47,182 nucleotides of DNA from Candidatus Methylomirabilota bacterium (GCA_035493355.1 DATJIJ010000014.1:1-47182); one strand, 5' to 3'; positions 26,819-35,521 are shown, counted from the first letter of the stretch. The notes: generated from the sequence alone by a model not told the origin. Numbers and translations are program-made.

Positions 26819-29358
26819 GGGCCGATGCTAGCCGCGGTACGCGCCGCCGTGATCGTCCGGACGACCACCGTGCGCCACGGGTCGCTCCCGAGGCGGCTCG
26901 TGACCCGATACCGGAGGCCGTCGCTAATGACCTCGATGCTGCCCTCGAGATCGGTCCGGTGCAGGCGCAGGCCCGGGATGGCGTGCAGGTGGTCGAGCGT
27001 GACCTGGTGCGGATGCCCGTAGTCGTTGCCGACTCCCGCCGAGATGAGGGCAACCCCGGGGCGGGCAGCGGCCAGCAGCTCCGGGCCGCTGCTGGAGTGC
27101 GACCCGTGGTGGCCGACCTTCAGCACGTCCACCTGCGTCAGCAGCCCTCGATGGGCAAGCAGCGCCTCCACCGGCATCTCCGCGTCACCAGTGAGCAACG
27201 CCGTGAACCCGCCCTCGCGCAGCAGCCCGACGACCGAGGCATTGTTGATGTCCCCCTCGGGCAGGGGTCCGGCCACGTCCTCCCCGTTGGGGTAGAGGAG
27301 CGTCACCGTCGTCGACCCATCCAGGCGCACGGCCATTCCGCCGCGGGCTGCCGCGACGTGCCCACCCGGTTCGCGCTGGGCCTCGAGCACGAAACGCGGA
27401 TAGGTCGGGTTCTGGTAGGGGCGGCCGGCATCGAGGATGAGGCCGACGTGGTACCGGTCCAGCGCCGCCACGAGGCCCGCGACGTGGTCCTCGTGTGGGT
27501 GGGTCAGGATCATGACGTCGATCCGGCGACGCCACCACGGAAGGCGTTCGCCGAGCCGTCGGAGCAGCAGGTCGGGGTCCGGCCCGCCGTCAACCAGCAT
27601 GGTGGCCCCGGATGGGGCCGTCACCAGGATGGCGTCGCCCTGCCCCACGTCGAGCGCGACCAGGTGCAGGCGACCGTCGGGCAGGGTTGCCAGCGTAAGG
27701 GCGGCAAGCACCGCGCCGGCGCCGATGAACCCAACACTGGGTCGTGCCAGGCGGCTGAGGGCTGCGCGCGCAGCGGCGATCCCCTCCTCGACCATCGGCG
27801 ACCGCCGCCGGGCGAGCCGGAGGGGGAGCAGCGCGTCCGTCGCGCGGGCCTCTGGGGGTGGAGGCGTTGGACGCGCGAACCGATGCCAGGCGATGCCGAG
27901 GGCCGGGTACCAGGCCAGCGCCAGCCAGCCGGGCGCGCTCAGGGGTACCGCGGCGAAGGGGATTGCGGCGGCCGCCTGCCCGGCCACGATCATGGCACGC
28001 AGGAGCAGCCAGGCAGCGCCACCGAGGCCCCAGCGCAGGAGGTCGCCGAGTGGAGCAAGCTGGATGGCTGCCGCGATCGCGCCCAACGGCGCCGCGATGG
28101 TGCAGAGCAGCATCACGAGCGGCACCAGGGGCACGACCACGACGTTCGCGAGCGGCGCCACCAGCGAAAGCCGTCCGAAACTAGCCACCACGACGGGCAG
28201 GGTGGTGAGCTGTGCCGCCATGGTCAGCGCGATGGGTTCCCGCAGCCACGTTGGCCAGCGCCCGAGCCGTGCTTCGATCGACGCCCCGAAGAGGATCAGC
28301 CCGAGGGTCGCCAACGCCGACAGCTGGAAGCCGACGTCCCACAGCACCGATGGCGCCGCCACGAGCATCACCACCGCCGCCAGGCAGAGAGCCGAGGCGG
28401 CGTGCGCCCGCGAGCCACCAAATCGGGCGACCATCATGGCCCCGGCCATCAGCGCGGCGCGCACCACCGACGGCGAGGCGCCGGTCAGGACCACGTACCC
28501 CGCAATCGTGCCCGCCGCGGCGCTCGGCGCCAGCCATCGACCGCCGCGTCGCTCCTCGAGGGGGCGGAGCAGCGCTCCCACGATCGCGGCAACGATGGCG
28601 ATGTTCCAGCCAGAGATCGCCACCACGTGGGTCAGGCCTGCGATTGCGAAGGCATCGGCCACTTCCGGAGCGATGCTCGACCGGACGCCGAGGAGGATGC
28701 CGGCGCCAAGGGCTGCCTCAGGCTCCGGCACCATCTCGTTGAGGCCGCCGAGCAGCCAGCGCCTTGCCGCTGCCGTCATCTCGGCGGCCCCGGCCCGCGG
28801 CGCTCCATCGAGGACCCGTGCCGCTCGTGCCCGGACGAGGCCGCCGATTCCCTGGCGCGCCAGGTAGGCGGGGTAGTCGAAACCGTCGAATGCCGCAGCG
28901 GCCTCGACGGCTGCCTTCAGCACGACCTGCCGGCCCGCGGCGAGCCCGATTGCTCGCGGCAGCGTTACGAGAAGCCGGCCGCGCACCGGACGGGCCTCGC
29001 CGCGCAGCCGAACGATCAGCGAGTCGAGGACGACCTGCTGCGAGGAGCCACGCGGCCGCGGATCGTCGAGGACGGTTCCCGCCAGCTGGACGTCGCCACG
29101 GTCGATCAGGGCAGCGACGCTGTCAGGGCCTGACGGCAGGGCCAGCGCTGTTCCACGCCACGTCCCGAGGAGCAGGCCGATCCCCAACGCGGCACAGGCG
29201 AGGCCAACACCCGGTAGCCTGACCAGCAGGAGTGCGGCTCCGATCACGACGGCGACGGCCACGCCGGCAAAGCCAAGCGGCGCGGCCCGGGCATCGGTTG
29301 CCAGGATGCCCAGGCTCAGCCCGATCAGTGCCCCGGGAAGGGCCAGGCGGGTCGCCAC
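26593..29358 (-). CDS. comEC: DNA internalization competence protein ComEC/Rec2 (competence domain plus metallo-beta-lactamase domain)
   Basis: 921-aa ORF from GTG 29358. Polytopic N-terminal and central region, then an MBL domain (ALDVGQGDAILV, THPHEDHVAGL, KVGHHGS). The 3' roughly 100 codons are low-complexity and overlap the HD gene. Confidence 0.9.
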   Translation of the reverse strand: MATRLALPGALIGLSLGILATDARAAPLGFAGVAVAVVIGAALLLVRLPGVGLACAALGIGLLLGTWRGTALALPSGPDSVAALIDRGDVQLAGTVLDDPRPRGSSQQVVLDSLIVRLRGEARPVRGRLLVTLPRAIGLAAGRQVVLKAAVEAAAAFDGFDYPAYLARQGIGGLVRARAARVLDGAPRAGAAEMTAAARRWLLGGLNEMVPEPEAALGAGILLGVRSSIAPEVADAFAIAGLTHVVAISGWNIAIVAAIVGALLRPLEERRGGRWLAPSAAAGTIAGYVVLTGASPSVVRAALMAGAMMVARFGGSRAHAASALCLAAVVMLVAAPSVLWDVGFQLSALATLGLILFGASIEARLGRWPTWLREPIALTMAAQLTTLPVVVASFGRLSLVAPLANVVVVPLVPLVMLLCTIAAPLGAIAAAIQLAPLGDLLRWGLGGAAWLLLRAMIVAGQAAAAIPFAAVPLSAPGWLALAWYPALGIAWHRFARPTPPPPEARATDALLPLRLARRRSPMVEEGIAAARAALSRLARPSVGFIGAGAVLAALTLATLPDGRLHLVALDVGQGDAILVTAPSGATMLVDGGPDPDLLLRRLGERLPWWRRRIDVMILTHPHEDHVAGLVAALDRYHVGLILDAGRPYQNPTYPRFVLEAQREPGGHVAAARGGMAVRLDGSTTVTLLYPNGEDVAGPLPEGDINNASVVGLLREGGFTALLTGDAEMPVEALLAHRGLLTQVDVLKVGHHGSHSSSGPELLAAARPGVALISAGVGNDYGHPHQVTLDHLHAIPGLRLHRTDLEGSIEVISDGLRYRVTSRLGSDPWRTVVVRTITAARTAASIGPWAYPPSPMPSCCLPPSSCPMGSSRTRVASVASRPRRPGCSKRPESQSTRTLSRSPPCSTMSTRWRREITGPSTG

Positions 29359-29374
29359 GAAGCTCCGGGGACCG

Positions 29375-29965
29375 TCAGCCGAGGGTGACGAGGTCGCGGA
29401 TCTTGTCCACCTGCGAGCTGGTCAGGACCTTGCGGGTGACCATCTCCTCGAGCGAGCTGAACGGCTGCTCCGTGCGGGCGGCCACGATCTTCTCCACGGT
29501 CGCCGGACCGATCCCCGGCAGCGCGTCGAGCTCGTTGGCGCTTGCCGTGTTCAGGTCGACGAGGCCGCTGCCGCCGGTCGCGGACCCACCACCCCCGGCC
29601 GAACCGATGATCGGGACGACGATCTGCTGCCCGTCCTGCAGCTCTCCTGCCAGGTTCACCCGGCCCGCGGCGGCCGCCAGGTCAGCCTCAGCCGAGTAGC
29701 CACCGGCCGCCTGGATGGCGTCCGCCACGCGCGATCCGCCGGGCAGCTCGATGACGCCCGGCCGCAGGACGGCTCCCTCGACGTCCACCACGAGCAGCTC
29801 GGGGGCAACTGCCACCGGCGAGATCAGTGCGCTCCCGAAGGGATCGGGCAACTCATCGGGGGCGGCCCGCGGCGTGCCCGCCGAAACGATCAGCCAGCCT
29901 CCGAGCCCCACCGCGAGGAGTGCGACAGCCAGCGCACCGATGGCGATCCGGTCGGTGATCGGCAC
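29375..29965 (-). CDS. comEA: competence protein ComEA (SLBB plus helix-hairpin-helix DNA-binding)
   Basis: 196 aa with an N-terminal TM helix, SLBB-like PGVIELPGGSRVADAIQAAGG, and C-terminal LNTASANELDALPGIGPATVEKIV. Confidence 0.88.
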   Translation of the reverse strand: MPITDRIAIGALAVALLAVGLGGWLIVSAGTPRAAPDELPDPFGSALISPVAVAPELLVVDVEGAVLRPGVIELPGGSRVADAIQAAGGYSAEADLAAAAGRVNLAGELQDGQQIVVPIIGSAGGGGSATGGSGLVDLNTASANELDALPGIGPATVEKIVAARTEQPFSSLEEMVTRKVLTSSQVDKIRDLVTLG

Positions 29966-30119
29966 CCGCTCCTCCAGTCGCGGGAGGCGAGCGGAGTGGT
30001 GGACCTGTCCGAAGCCCGGCGTCCGGGCACTCGACCCCGGGCTCCGGAAACAGGACGCGCAGCCTAGCGGCGGCGGTCTTACCCCCGGCTTATCGCCGGC
30101 TCACCGACCGACGGGTTGG

Positions 30120-32666
30120 CTAGTCGCCGGGCGTGACGATGTTGACCAGGCGCCCGGGGATCTGGACGACCTTGCGCGGCGCCCTGCCCTTCAGATAGGC
30201 CTGCACCCGGTCGCTGGCGAGCGCCAGCCGCTCGATCTCCTCGGGCGAGGTATCGGGCGCGACCGTCAGCCGGTCCCGCAGCTTCCCGTCGACCTGCACC
30301 GGCAGCTCGATCATCTCCGAGACGACCATCGCGGCGTCGAACGTCGGCCACGCCTGCTGGTGGATGCTGTACGGCTTGCCCCGTCGCGACCACAGCTCCT
30401 CGGTGATGTGAGGTGCCATCGGCGCCAGCAGGAGGAGCAGCGCCTCGACCGCCTCGGCGTAGGCACCGGTCCCGGCCAAACCGTCATCGCGCGCGGCTCC
30501 CAGGGCGTTGGTCAGCTCCATCAGCTTGGAGAGCGCGGTGTTGAAGTGGAGCTCCCCATAGTCCTCGCCGACCTCCTTGATGGCCCGATGCGCCGCTCGG
30601 CGCAACCCTCGACTGCCGTCCTCGACGGCGGTCACGACATCGGGTGCGATTCCTCCAGAGCCCGGGATCTCTCCCGCCAGGCTTTGAGCCGGTGGCATGC
30701 CGGGTACGGCGCGAGGCTGTCCGCTGGTGGCCTGGGCCACACCCCAGACGCGACCCAGGAACCGATGCACCCCCTCGATGCTCGAGGGATTCCACGGCCC
30801 GCCCTGGTCCCACGGCCCGATGAACATCAGGAAGCAGCGCACCGTGTCCGAGCCGAAGCGCGAGGTCAGGTCGTCGGGGTTGACGACGTTGCCGCGCGAC
30901 TTGCTCATGCGGTGATGGTCGGCGCCCAGGATCTGTCCCTGGTTGCGCACCGCCATGAACGGCTCGTCGAAGTCCAGGTGGTGCATGTCGCGCAGGGCCT
31001 TGACGAAGAAGCGCGCGTACAGGAAGTGCAGGACCGCGTGCTCCGCGCCACCGGTGTACAGGTCGACCGGCATCCAGCGCATCACCGCCACCGGGTCCCA
31101 GGCCTGCGTCTCGTCGTGCGGTGAGCAGTAGCGCAGGAAATACCACGACGAGTCGACGAAGGTGTCCAGGGTGTCCGTCTCTCGGCGCGCCGGCTTGCCG
31201 CAGATCGGGCACGAGCCGGCGAGGAAGGCCGCATTCGACTGGAGCGGCGACACGCCGGTTGGAGCGAAGTCCACGTCGCGCGGCAGGAGGACCGGCAGCT
31301 GCCCCTCGGGGACCGGCTGCGGGCCGTGCTCGTCGCAGTACACGATCGGGATGGGGGCGCCCCAGTAGCGCTGCCGGCTGATGAGCCAGTCGCGGATCTT
31401 GTAGGTGATCGCGGCCTCGCCCTGCCCGCGCTCGGCCAGCTCCTCGGTGATCGCCGCGATCGCGTCGGCCGCGGCCATCCCCGTGAACTCGCCCGAATCG
31501 ACCAGTACCTCGTCCGCGGAATGCGCCACGAACGCCTCGCCGGTGGGTGCCTCGCCGCCAGGCGGCAGCACGACGTAGCGGATCGGCAGGTCGTAGCGGA
31601 CCGCGAAGGCGTAGTCGCGCTGATCATGGGCTGGGACGCCCATGATCGCCCCGGTCCCGTAGCCGGGCAGCACGTAGTCGGCGATCCAGATCGGGATCCG
31701 CTCATCGGTCATTGGATTGATGGCATGCGCGCCGATGAAGACTCCGTTCTTCTCGCGCTCGGCGCTCATCCGTTCGATCTCGGTCTCGCGCCGGGCGGCT
31801 GCCACGTACGCCTCCACCTCGGCCCGTCGCTCGTCGGTCGTCAGGGTCGCCACGGCGCGGTGCTCGGGGGCGAGGACCATGAATGTCGCGCCGAAGATGG
31901 TGTCCGGTCGAGTGGTGAAGACGCGGATCGGGTCGACGCCGGCCGCCTCCGCGGCGAAGTCGATCTCGGAGCCCTCCGAGCGACCGATCCAGTTGGTCTG
32001 CATCAGGCGCAGGGGATCGGGCCAGTCGATCTTGCTGAAGTCCAGCAGCTCGTCTGCATAGCGGGTTACCCGGAAGAACCACTGCTCCAGGTCGCGCTTG
32101 ACGACCGGCGTGCCGCATCGCCAGCAGTGGCGATCGGCACCCTCGACCTGCTCGCGGGCCAGCACCACCTGGTCCTTGGGACACCAGTCCACCGCCGCCA
32201 TCTGCTTGTAGGCCAGCCCGGCGTTGAAGAACTGGATGAACAACCACTGTGTCCAGCGGTAGTAGGACGGGTCGCTGGAGACCACCTCGCGCGACCAGTC
32301 GAACATGCAGCCCATCGATCGGAACTGCGTTCGCATCCGGTCGATGTTCTGCTCCGTCCAGTCCCACGGGTGCACGCCACGATCGATGGCTGCGTTCTCG
32401 GCCGGCAGGCCGAACGAGTCGAAGCCCATCGGGAACATGACATTCAGGCCCTGCATGCGGCGCATGCGGGCGACGATGTCCGGCCCGGTCGCCGCATACC
32501 AGTGCCCGATGTGCAGGTCCCCCGAGGGGTACGGGTACATCGTCAGCAGGTAGTGCTTGTCGCGCGGGTCGTCGTCATCGGCCCGATAGATGTCGTCCGC
32601 GGCCCACCGCTCGCGCCAGCCAGCCTCGTAGGTCCTCGGGTCGAACCGCTCGGTGCGCTCGGTCAT
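30120..32666 (-). CDS. leuS: leucine--tRNA ligase
   Basis: 848 aa with the HIGH motif (PYPSGDLHIGHWY) and KMSKS (RMSKSRGN). Confidence 0.97.
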   Translation of the reverse strand: MTERTERFDPRTYEAGWRERWAADDIYRADDDDPRDKHYLLTMYPYPSGDLHIGHWYAATGPDIVARMRRMQGLNVMFPMGFDSFGLPAENAAIDRGVHPWDWTEQNIDRMRTQFRSMGCMFDWSREVVSSDPSYYRWTQWLFIQFFNAGLAYKQMAAVDWCPKDQVVLAREQVEGADRHCWRCGTPVVKRDLEQWFFRVTRYADELLDFSKIDWPDPLRLMQTNWIGRSEGSEIDFAAEAAGVDPIRVFTTRPDTIFGATFMVLAPEHRAVATLTTDERRAEVEAYVAAARRETEIERMSAEREKNGVFIGAHAINPMTDERIPIWIADYVLPGYGTGAIMGVPAHDQRDYAFAVRYDLPIRYVVLPPGGEAPTGEAFVAHSADEVLVDSGEFTGMAAADAIAAITEELAERGQGEAAITYKIRDWLISRQRYWGAPIPIVYCDEHGPQPVPEGQLPVLLPRDVDFAPTGVSPLQSNAAFLAGSCPICGKPARRETDTLDTFVDSSWYFLRYCSPHDETQAWDPVAVMRWMPVDLYTGGAEHAVLHFLYARFFVKALRDMHHLDFDEPFMAVRNQGQILGADHHRMSKSRGNVVNPDDLTSRFGSDTVRCFLMFIGPWDQGGPWNPSSIEGVHRFLGRVWGVAQATSGQPRAVPGMPPAQSLAGEIPGSGGIAPDVVTAVEDGSRGLRRAAHRAIKEVGEDYGELHFNTALSKLMELTNALGAARDDGLAGTGAYAEAVEALLLLLAPMAPHITEELWSRRGKPYSIHQQAWPTFDAAMVVSEMIELPVQVDGKLRDRLTVAPDTSPEEIERLALASDRVQAYLKGRAPRKVVQIPGRLVNIVTPGD

Positions 32667-33235
32667 GCGGGTGCTCCTTCATCCGGGAACCAGGCCATCA
32701 GCAGCTCGTCGCGGAACACGCCCCCGGGGACTCGATATTGCTTGCGTCGCAGGCCCTCCTGGGCAAAGCCGGCGTTCTCATACACGGCGATGGCGCGCGC
32801 GTTGTCCGGGAATACGCCCAGCGCGACCTTGGCCAGGCCTCGCTCGCGTGCCCATCCCTTGGCGGCCTCGACCAGCGCCGAGCCGATCCCGACCTCCCGC
32901 CAGCCGTCCGCGACGCAGATCGAGAGCGTCCCGACGTGGTCGCTGACCACGCTGCGCTCGACGCTGATCAGGACGTTGCCCACGACGTCGCCATCGGCTT
33001 CGGCGACCAGCGCCAGGCTGCTCGAGTCGCGAATCATCTCGCCGATGTAGAAGGCCTCCGATGGCTGGCTCACGGCCGAGGCGGGCGTCACCAGCCAGCG
33101 ACCCTCGCGCCGAACGTCGGCGAAGAGGCTCGCCAACGCCCGCGCGTCCGTCGGCCGTGCCGGGCGCAGCGACCATGGCCGGCCATCGCTGGCCGTCCGT
33201 GGCTGGGTCTCCGTGATCGTCATCGTGGCCACCAT
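32663..33235 (-). CDS. GNAT family N-acetyltransferase
   Basis: ATG 33235 (alternative 33223). Has WREVGIGSALVEAAKGWARERG (Q/RxxGxG/A motif). ATGA overlap with leuS. The upstream part of the 388-aa ORF reads through the tRNA and was discarded. Confidence 0.85.
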   Translation of the reverse strand: MVATMTITETQPRTASDGRPWSLRPARPTDARALASLFADVRREGRWLVTPASAVSQPSEAFYIGEMIRDSSSLALVAEADGDVVGNVLISVERSVVSDHVGTLSICVADGWREVGIGSALVEAAKGWARERGLAKVALGVFPDNARAIAVYENAGFAQEGLRRKQYRVPGGVFRDELLMAWFPDEGAPA

Positions 33236-33243
33236 ACGGGTAT

Positions 33244-33278
33244 GACAAAGCCCCCGCTTCGTCAGGACGAAGGGGGGC
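33244..33278 (-). terminator. intrinsic-terminator-like GC hairpin downstream of tRNA-Ala
   Basis: Minus strand reads GCCCCCCTTCGTcctGACGAAGCGGGGGC followed by TTTGTC (12-bp stem with one bulge). Confidence 0.5.
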
Positions 33279-33312
33279 CTTCGCGGTACCACACTGACTT
33301 GACCGATTGGGT

Positions 33313-33388
33313 TGGTGGAGCTGGGGGGACTCGAACCCCCGACCCCCTGCATGCCATGCAGGTGCTCTCCCAGCTGAGCTACAACCCC
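33313..33388 (-). tRNA. tRNA-Ala (anticodon GGC), CCA encoded
   Basis: GGGGTTGTAGCTCAGCTGGGAGAGCACCTGCATGGCATGCAGGGGGTCGGGGGTTCGAGTCCCCCCAGCTCCACCA folds as a full cloverleaf. It has the G3:U70 alanine identity pair, anticodon loop AT-GGC-AT and T-loop TTCGAGT. Confidence 0.95.
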
Positions 33389-33555
33389 ACGATCGGTCCA
33401 CTCATCGGCGCTGCTATCGGACGCCACCCCGGCCGGTATTCCCGGCTGCTCGGCGGGCGAGTTCGGGTCCCTGCGATCGCCGGCTTGCACCATCCCGGCT
33501 CGCTGCGGATCGAGGCGGACGCCTACTGCTCCCGCGTCAACGCGTTTCGGGCGGG

Positions 33556-33584
33556 AGTATATCAGCCGACCCCCATCGCCCCAA
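33556..33584 (-). promoter_or_regulatory. sigma70-like promoter TTGGGG - 17 nt - TATACT on the minus strand, about 160 nt upstream of tRNA-Ala
   Basis: Plus strand shows AGTATA at 33556-33561 and CCCCAA at 33579-33584. This is the only AT-rich island in the 33.39-33.62 kb gap. Confidence 0.4.
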
Positions 33585-33650
33585 CTTGGGCAAACCAAAG
33601 TCACGCTCGCCCCAGCCGGGCGGGTGATTCGTTCCGTGAGTGCTCCGCCG

Positions 33651-33656
33651 CATAGT
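33651..33656 (+). promoter_or_regulatory. -10-like CATAGT 6 nt upstream of ATG 33663
   Basis: ccgCATAGTccctgcATG. Supports ATG 33663 over GTG 33624 as the start. Confidence 0.35.
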
Positions 33657-33662
33657 CCCTGC

Positions 33663-34619
33663 ATGCCCGGCCCGCCCACGAGCATTCGCGGCAGCATTGG
33701 CGCCTTCGCCTTGGCGACGGCGCTCATAGGCCTGTCCATCTCCGCCGCCCTCGCCACCGATAGCCCGAGCGGAGACCACGCTGCCGCATGGCCGACGACC
33801 TGGCGCGCGTACCTGCTGACTGCGAACAAGAAGGTCAGTGACGTGATCGGGGACGTGGGCTGTGGGTCCGGCTACTGCGACGTCAGCAGCGGATCGTCGG
33901 GGACCTTGAATTCGGTCTATTTCAACGCGAACGGCACGACCGCGTTCTTCCGGATCCGCCTGGCGGGGGACCCGCGGAAGGCATCGGCCGGTGGGTTCCA
34001 GTCGACCACCTACATGCTCCAGATCGCGGTCGGCGGCGTCGCTCGGGTGGCTGTGGGCCTCGACGGCAAGAACCCGCAGCGCGACTTCGTCTACGTCGCC
34101 AACGCCGACGGCACCGCCCACACCGAGGTCTACGCGACCCCGTTCAACAATGCGGGCGGCGAGTTCTCAGCTGGCGCCCGGGGCCTGCCGGACGGCGAGG
34201 GCCAGTACTTCGTCGACTGGCAGGTTCCCTTGAGCCGCATTACGCAGCGCTCCGGCGGCGCCGTCAACGGTACGACCCCCGTCCAGCTCTTCTTCGGGAC
34301 GTCGCAATCGGCGAACCTGGCGGTCCTCAACAAGGACTTCATGATCGGAAATGCAGTCGACTTCGGAGGTGGCAGCACCGTCACGCTGATTCCTCCCACG
34401 CCGGTCGGGCCTGCCCCGGTGCAACCGGCTGCCACGCCCGTGCCCCCCGGGCCGGGTGCACCGGCGAGCGTTGCTCCCCCGCCCTTCCTGCCCGATGCGA
34501 GTACGGGGCAGCCGTCAAGCATCGCCCTCGGCTCGACGCCAATCGCCGTTGGTTCGGGGATCGTGTTGATCGTTGGTGGCCTCGTGGCCGCCGTTTCCCG
34601 GCGCCGGCGCGAGACCTGA
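33663..34619 (+). CDS. secreted surface protein with a C-terminal sorting-signal-like tail
   Basis: Signal peptide MPGPPTSIRGSIGAFALATALIGLSISAALA, a beta-rich domain, a Pro-rich stalk, LPDASTG, a hydrophobic helix, then RRRRET. GTG 33624 is an alternative start. Confidence 0.75.
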   Translation: MPGPPTSIRGSIGAFALATALIGLSISAALATDSPSGDHAAAWPTTWRAYLLTANKKVSDVIGDVGCGSGYCDVSSGSSGTLNSVYFNANGTTAFFRIRLAGDPRKASAGGFQSTTYMLQIAVGGVARVAVGLDGKNPQRDFVYVANADGTAHTEVYATPFNNAGGEFSAGARGLPDGEGQYFVDWQVPLSRITQRSGGAVNGTTPVQLFFGTSQSANLAVLNKDFMIGNAVDFGGGSTVTLIPPTPVGPAPVQPAATPVPPGPGAPASVAPPPFLPDASTGQPSSIALGSTPIAVGSGIVLIVGGLVAAVSRRRRET

Positions 34620-34640
34620 CCCAGCGCTACGCCACGCCGA

Positions 34641-35030
34641 TCAGCCTGGACCCCCCGGGGCAGGTGGGGGAGTTGGGGTAAATGTCTCGGCCTGCCATGT
34701 GTCCCGGAATACGCGGACGAACGTCTGCGACCCTCCCGACCCGGCGAACGTGAGGATGATGGTGGCAACACCGTTCGGACACCTGGGGTCGGGTCGACAG
34801 CGGGCTTCGACGTCGACATGAGTGAAGTCCTGCTTGCCGGCCGGCAGCACCAACCTTGCCGCATCGACGGCCTGCGCGCATTCCGCCTGCGTCAACAGCG
34901 CCGGATCGGGGCACGCGACGGTGGGCCGCTCGAGACCGAGGAGCGAGCACCCCGTTCCCAAGGCGGTCATCAAGATGATGACGAGGGGGCGACTCAATAG
35001 AGCGGCTCCTGGGCTGACGAACGCTCTCAC
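34641..35030 (-). CDS. small Cys-rich lipoprotein, unknown function
   Basis: 129 aa with lipobox ALGTGC and four further Cys residues. GTGA overlap with the SRPBCC gene. Confidence 0.65.
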   Translation of the reverse strand: MRAFVSPGAALLSRPLVIILMTALGTGCSLLGLERPTVACPDPALLTQAECAQAVDAARLVLPAGKQDFTHVDVEARCRPDPRCPNGVATIILTFAGSGGSQTFVRVFRDTWQAETFTPTPPPAPGGPG

Positions 35031-35521
35031 GCCTTCGGGGCGGCGCCCAACGCAGCCGCCAGGCGAGCGAGGCTCGTGGCGGCGTTCTGCTCGGCGATAC
35101 CGGCGACGAGACCCTCGAGTGGAGCCATGAAGATGCTCTCCGCCTTGACCTCGGAGCTGAAGGTGAGCTGCGTCCCGCCCTCGGCGGGGGCAAGGTCGAG
35201 CGAGCCGACCACAGACATGCCGCTGGCGCTGGTCGCGATCACGAGCCGGCGGCCCGGCACCGCCTCCCGGATGGTGGTGTCCGCAGTGACGCGCTGACCC
35301 ATCATCTCGATCACCACCCGGCCGGTGGAGCCGGTCACCGTTGGCGGTGGCGAGGTGCGCTCCGAAGAGACGACGCCCTCCTGCCAGTTGGGCAGGTTGG
35401 TCGGTTCGGCGAGGAAGGCATAGACCTCGGCCGGCGATGCCGGGATGAAGCCCGTACCGGAGACTCGGCGCATGTCGCTACGGTAGTCGACCCGCTGAAT
35501 CGGCGACTGGGCCATGACCAT
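35027..35521 (-). CDS. SRPBCC (START/polyketide-cyclase-like) ligand-binding protein
   Basis: About 164 aa from ATG 35521 (MVMAQSPIQRV). PASPAEVYAFLAEPTNLPNWQ is typical of Polyketide_cyc2/SRPBCC N-termini. The longer start at 35575 would collide with the divergent gene's SD. Confidence 0.8.
   Translation of the reverse strand: MVMAQSPIQRVDYRSDMRRVSGTGFIPASPAEVYAFLAEPTNLPNWQEGVVSSERTSPPPTVTGSTGRVVIEMMGQRVTADTTIREAVPGRRLVIATSASGMSVVGSLDLAPAEGGTQLTFSSEVKAESIFMAPLEGLVAGIAEQNAATSLARLAAALGAAPKA

Noticed and set aside
26959-29133. 724-aa plus-strand ORF (plus 27437-28867 and others) opposite comEC
   Set aside because: Highly Arg/Pro/Gly/Asp-rich with no TM or enzymatic motifs. comEC on the minus strand has the expected polytopic plus MBL architecture.
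31326-33050. 574-aa plus-strand ORF opposite leuS and the GNAT gene
   Set aside because: It is antisense to a gene with HIGH/KMSKS motifs and spans two genes. A shadow ORF.
32663-33829. Long N-terminal extensions of ORFs, for example the 388-aa version of the GNAT gene, the 608-aa version of holA and the 791-aa version of the M20 peptidase
   Set aside because: The GNAT extension would read straight through tRNA-Ala and its terminator hairpin. The holA and M20 extensions overlap upstream genes in other frames and are Arg/Pro-rich. Internal ATGs with 4-nt coupling overlaps give proteins of normal family length.
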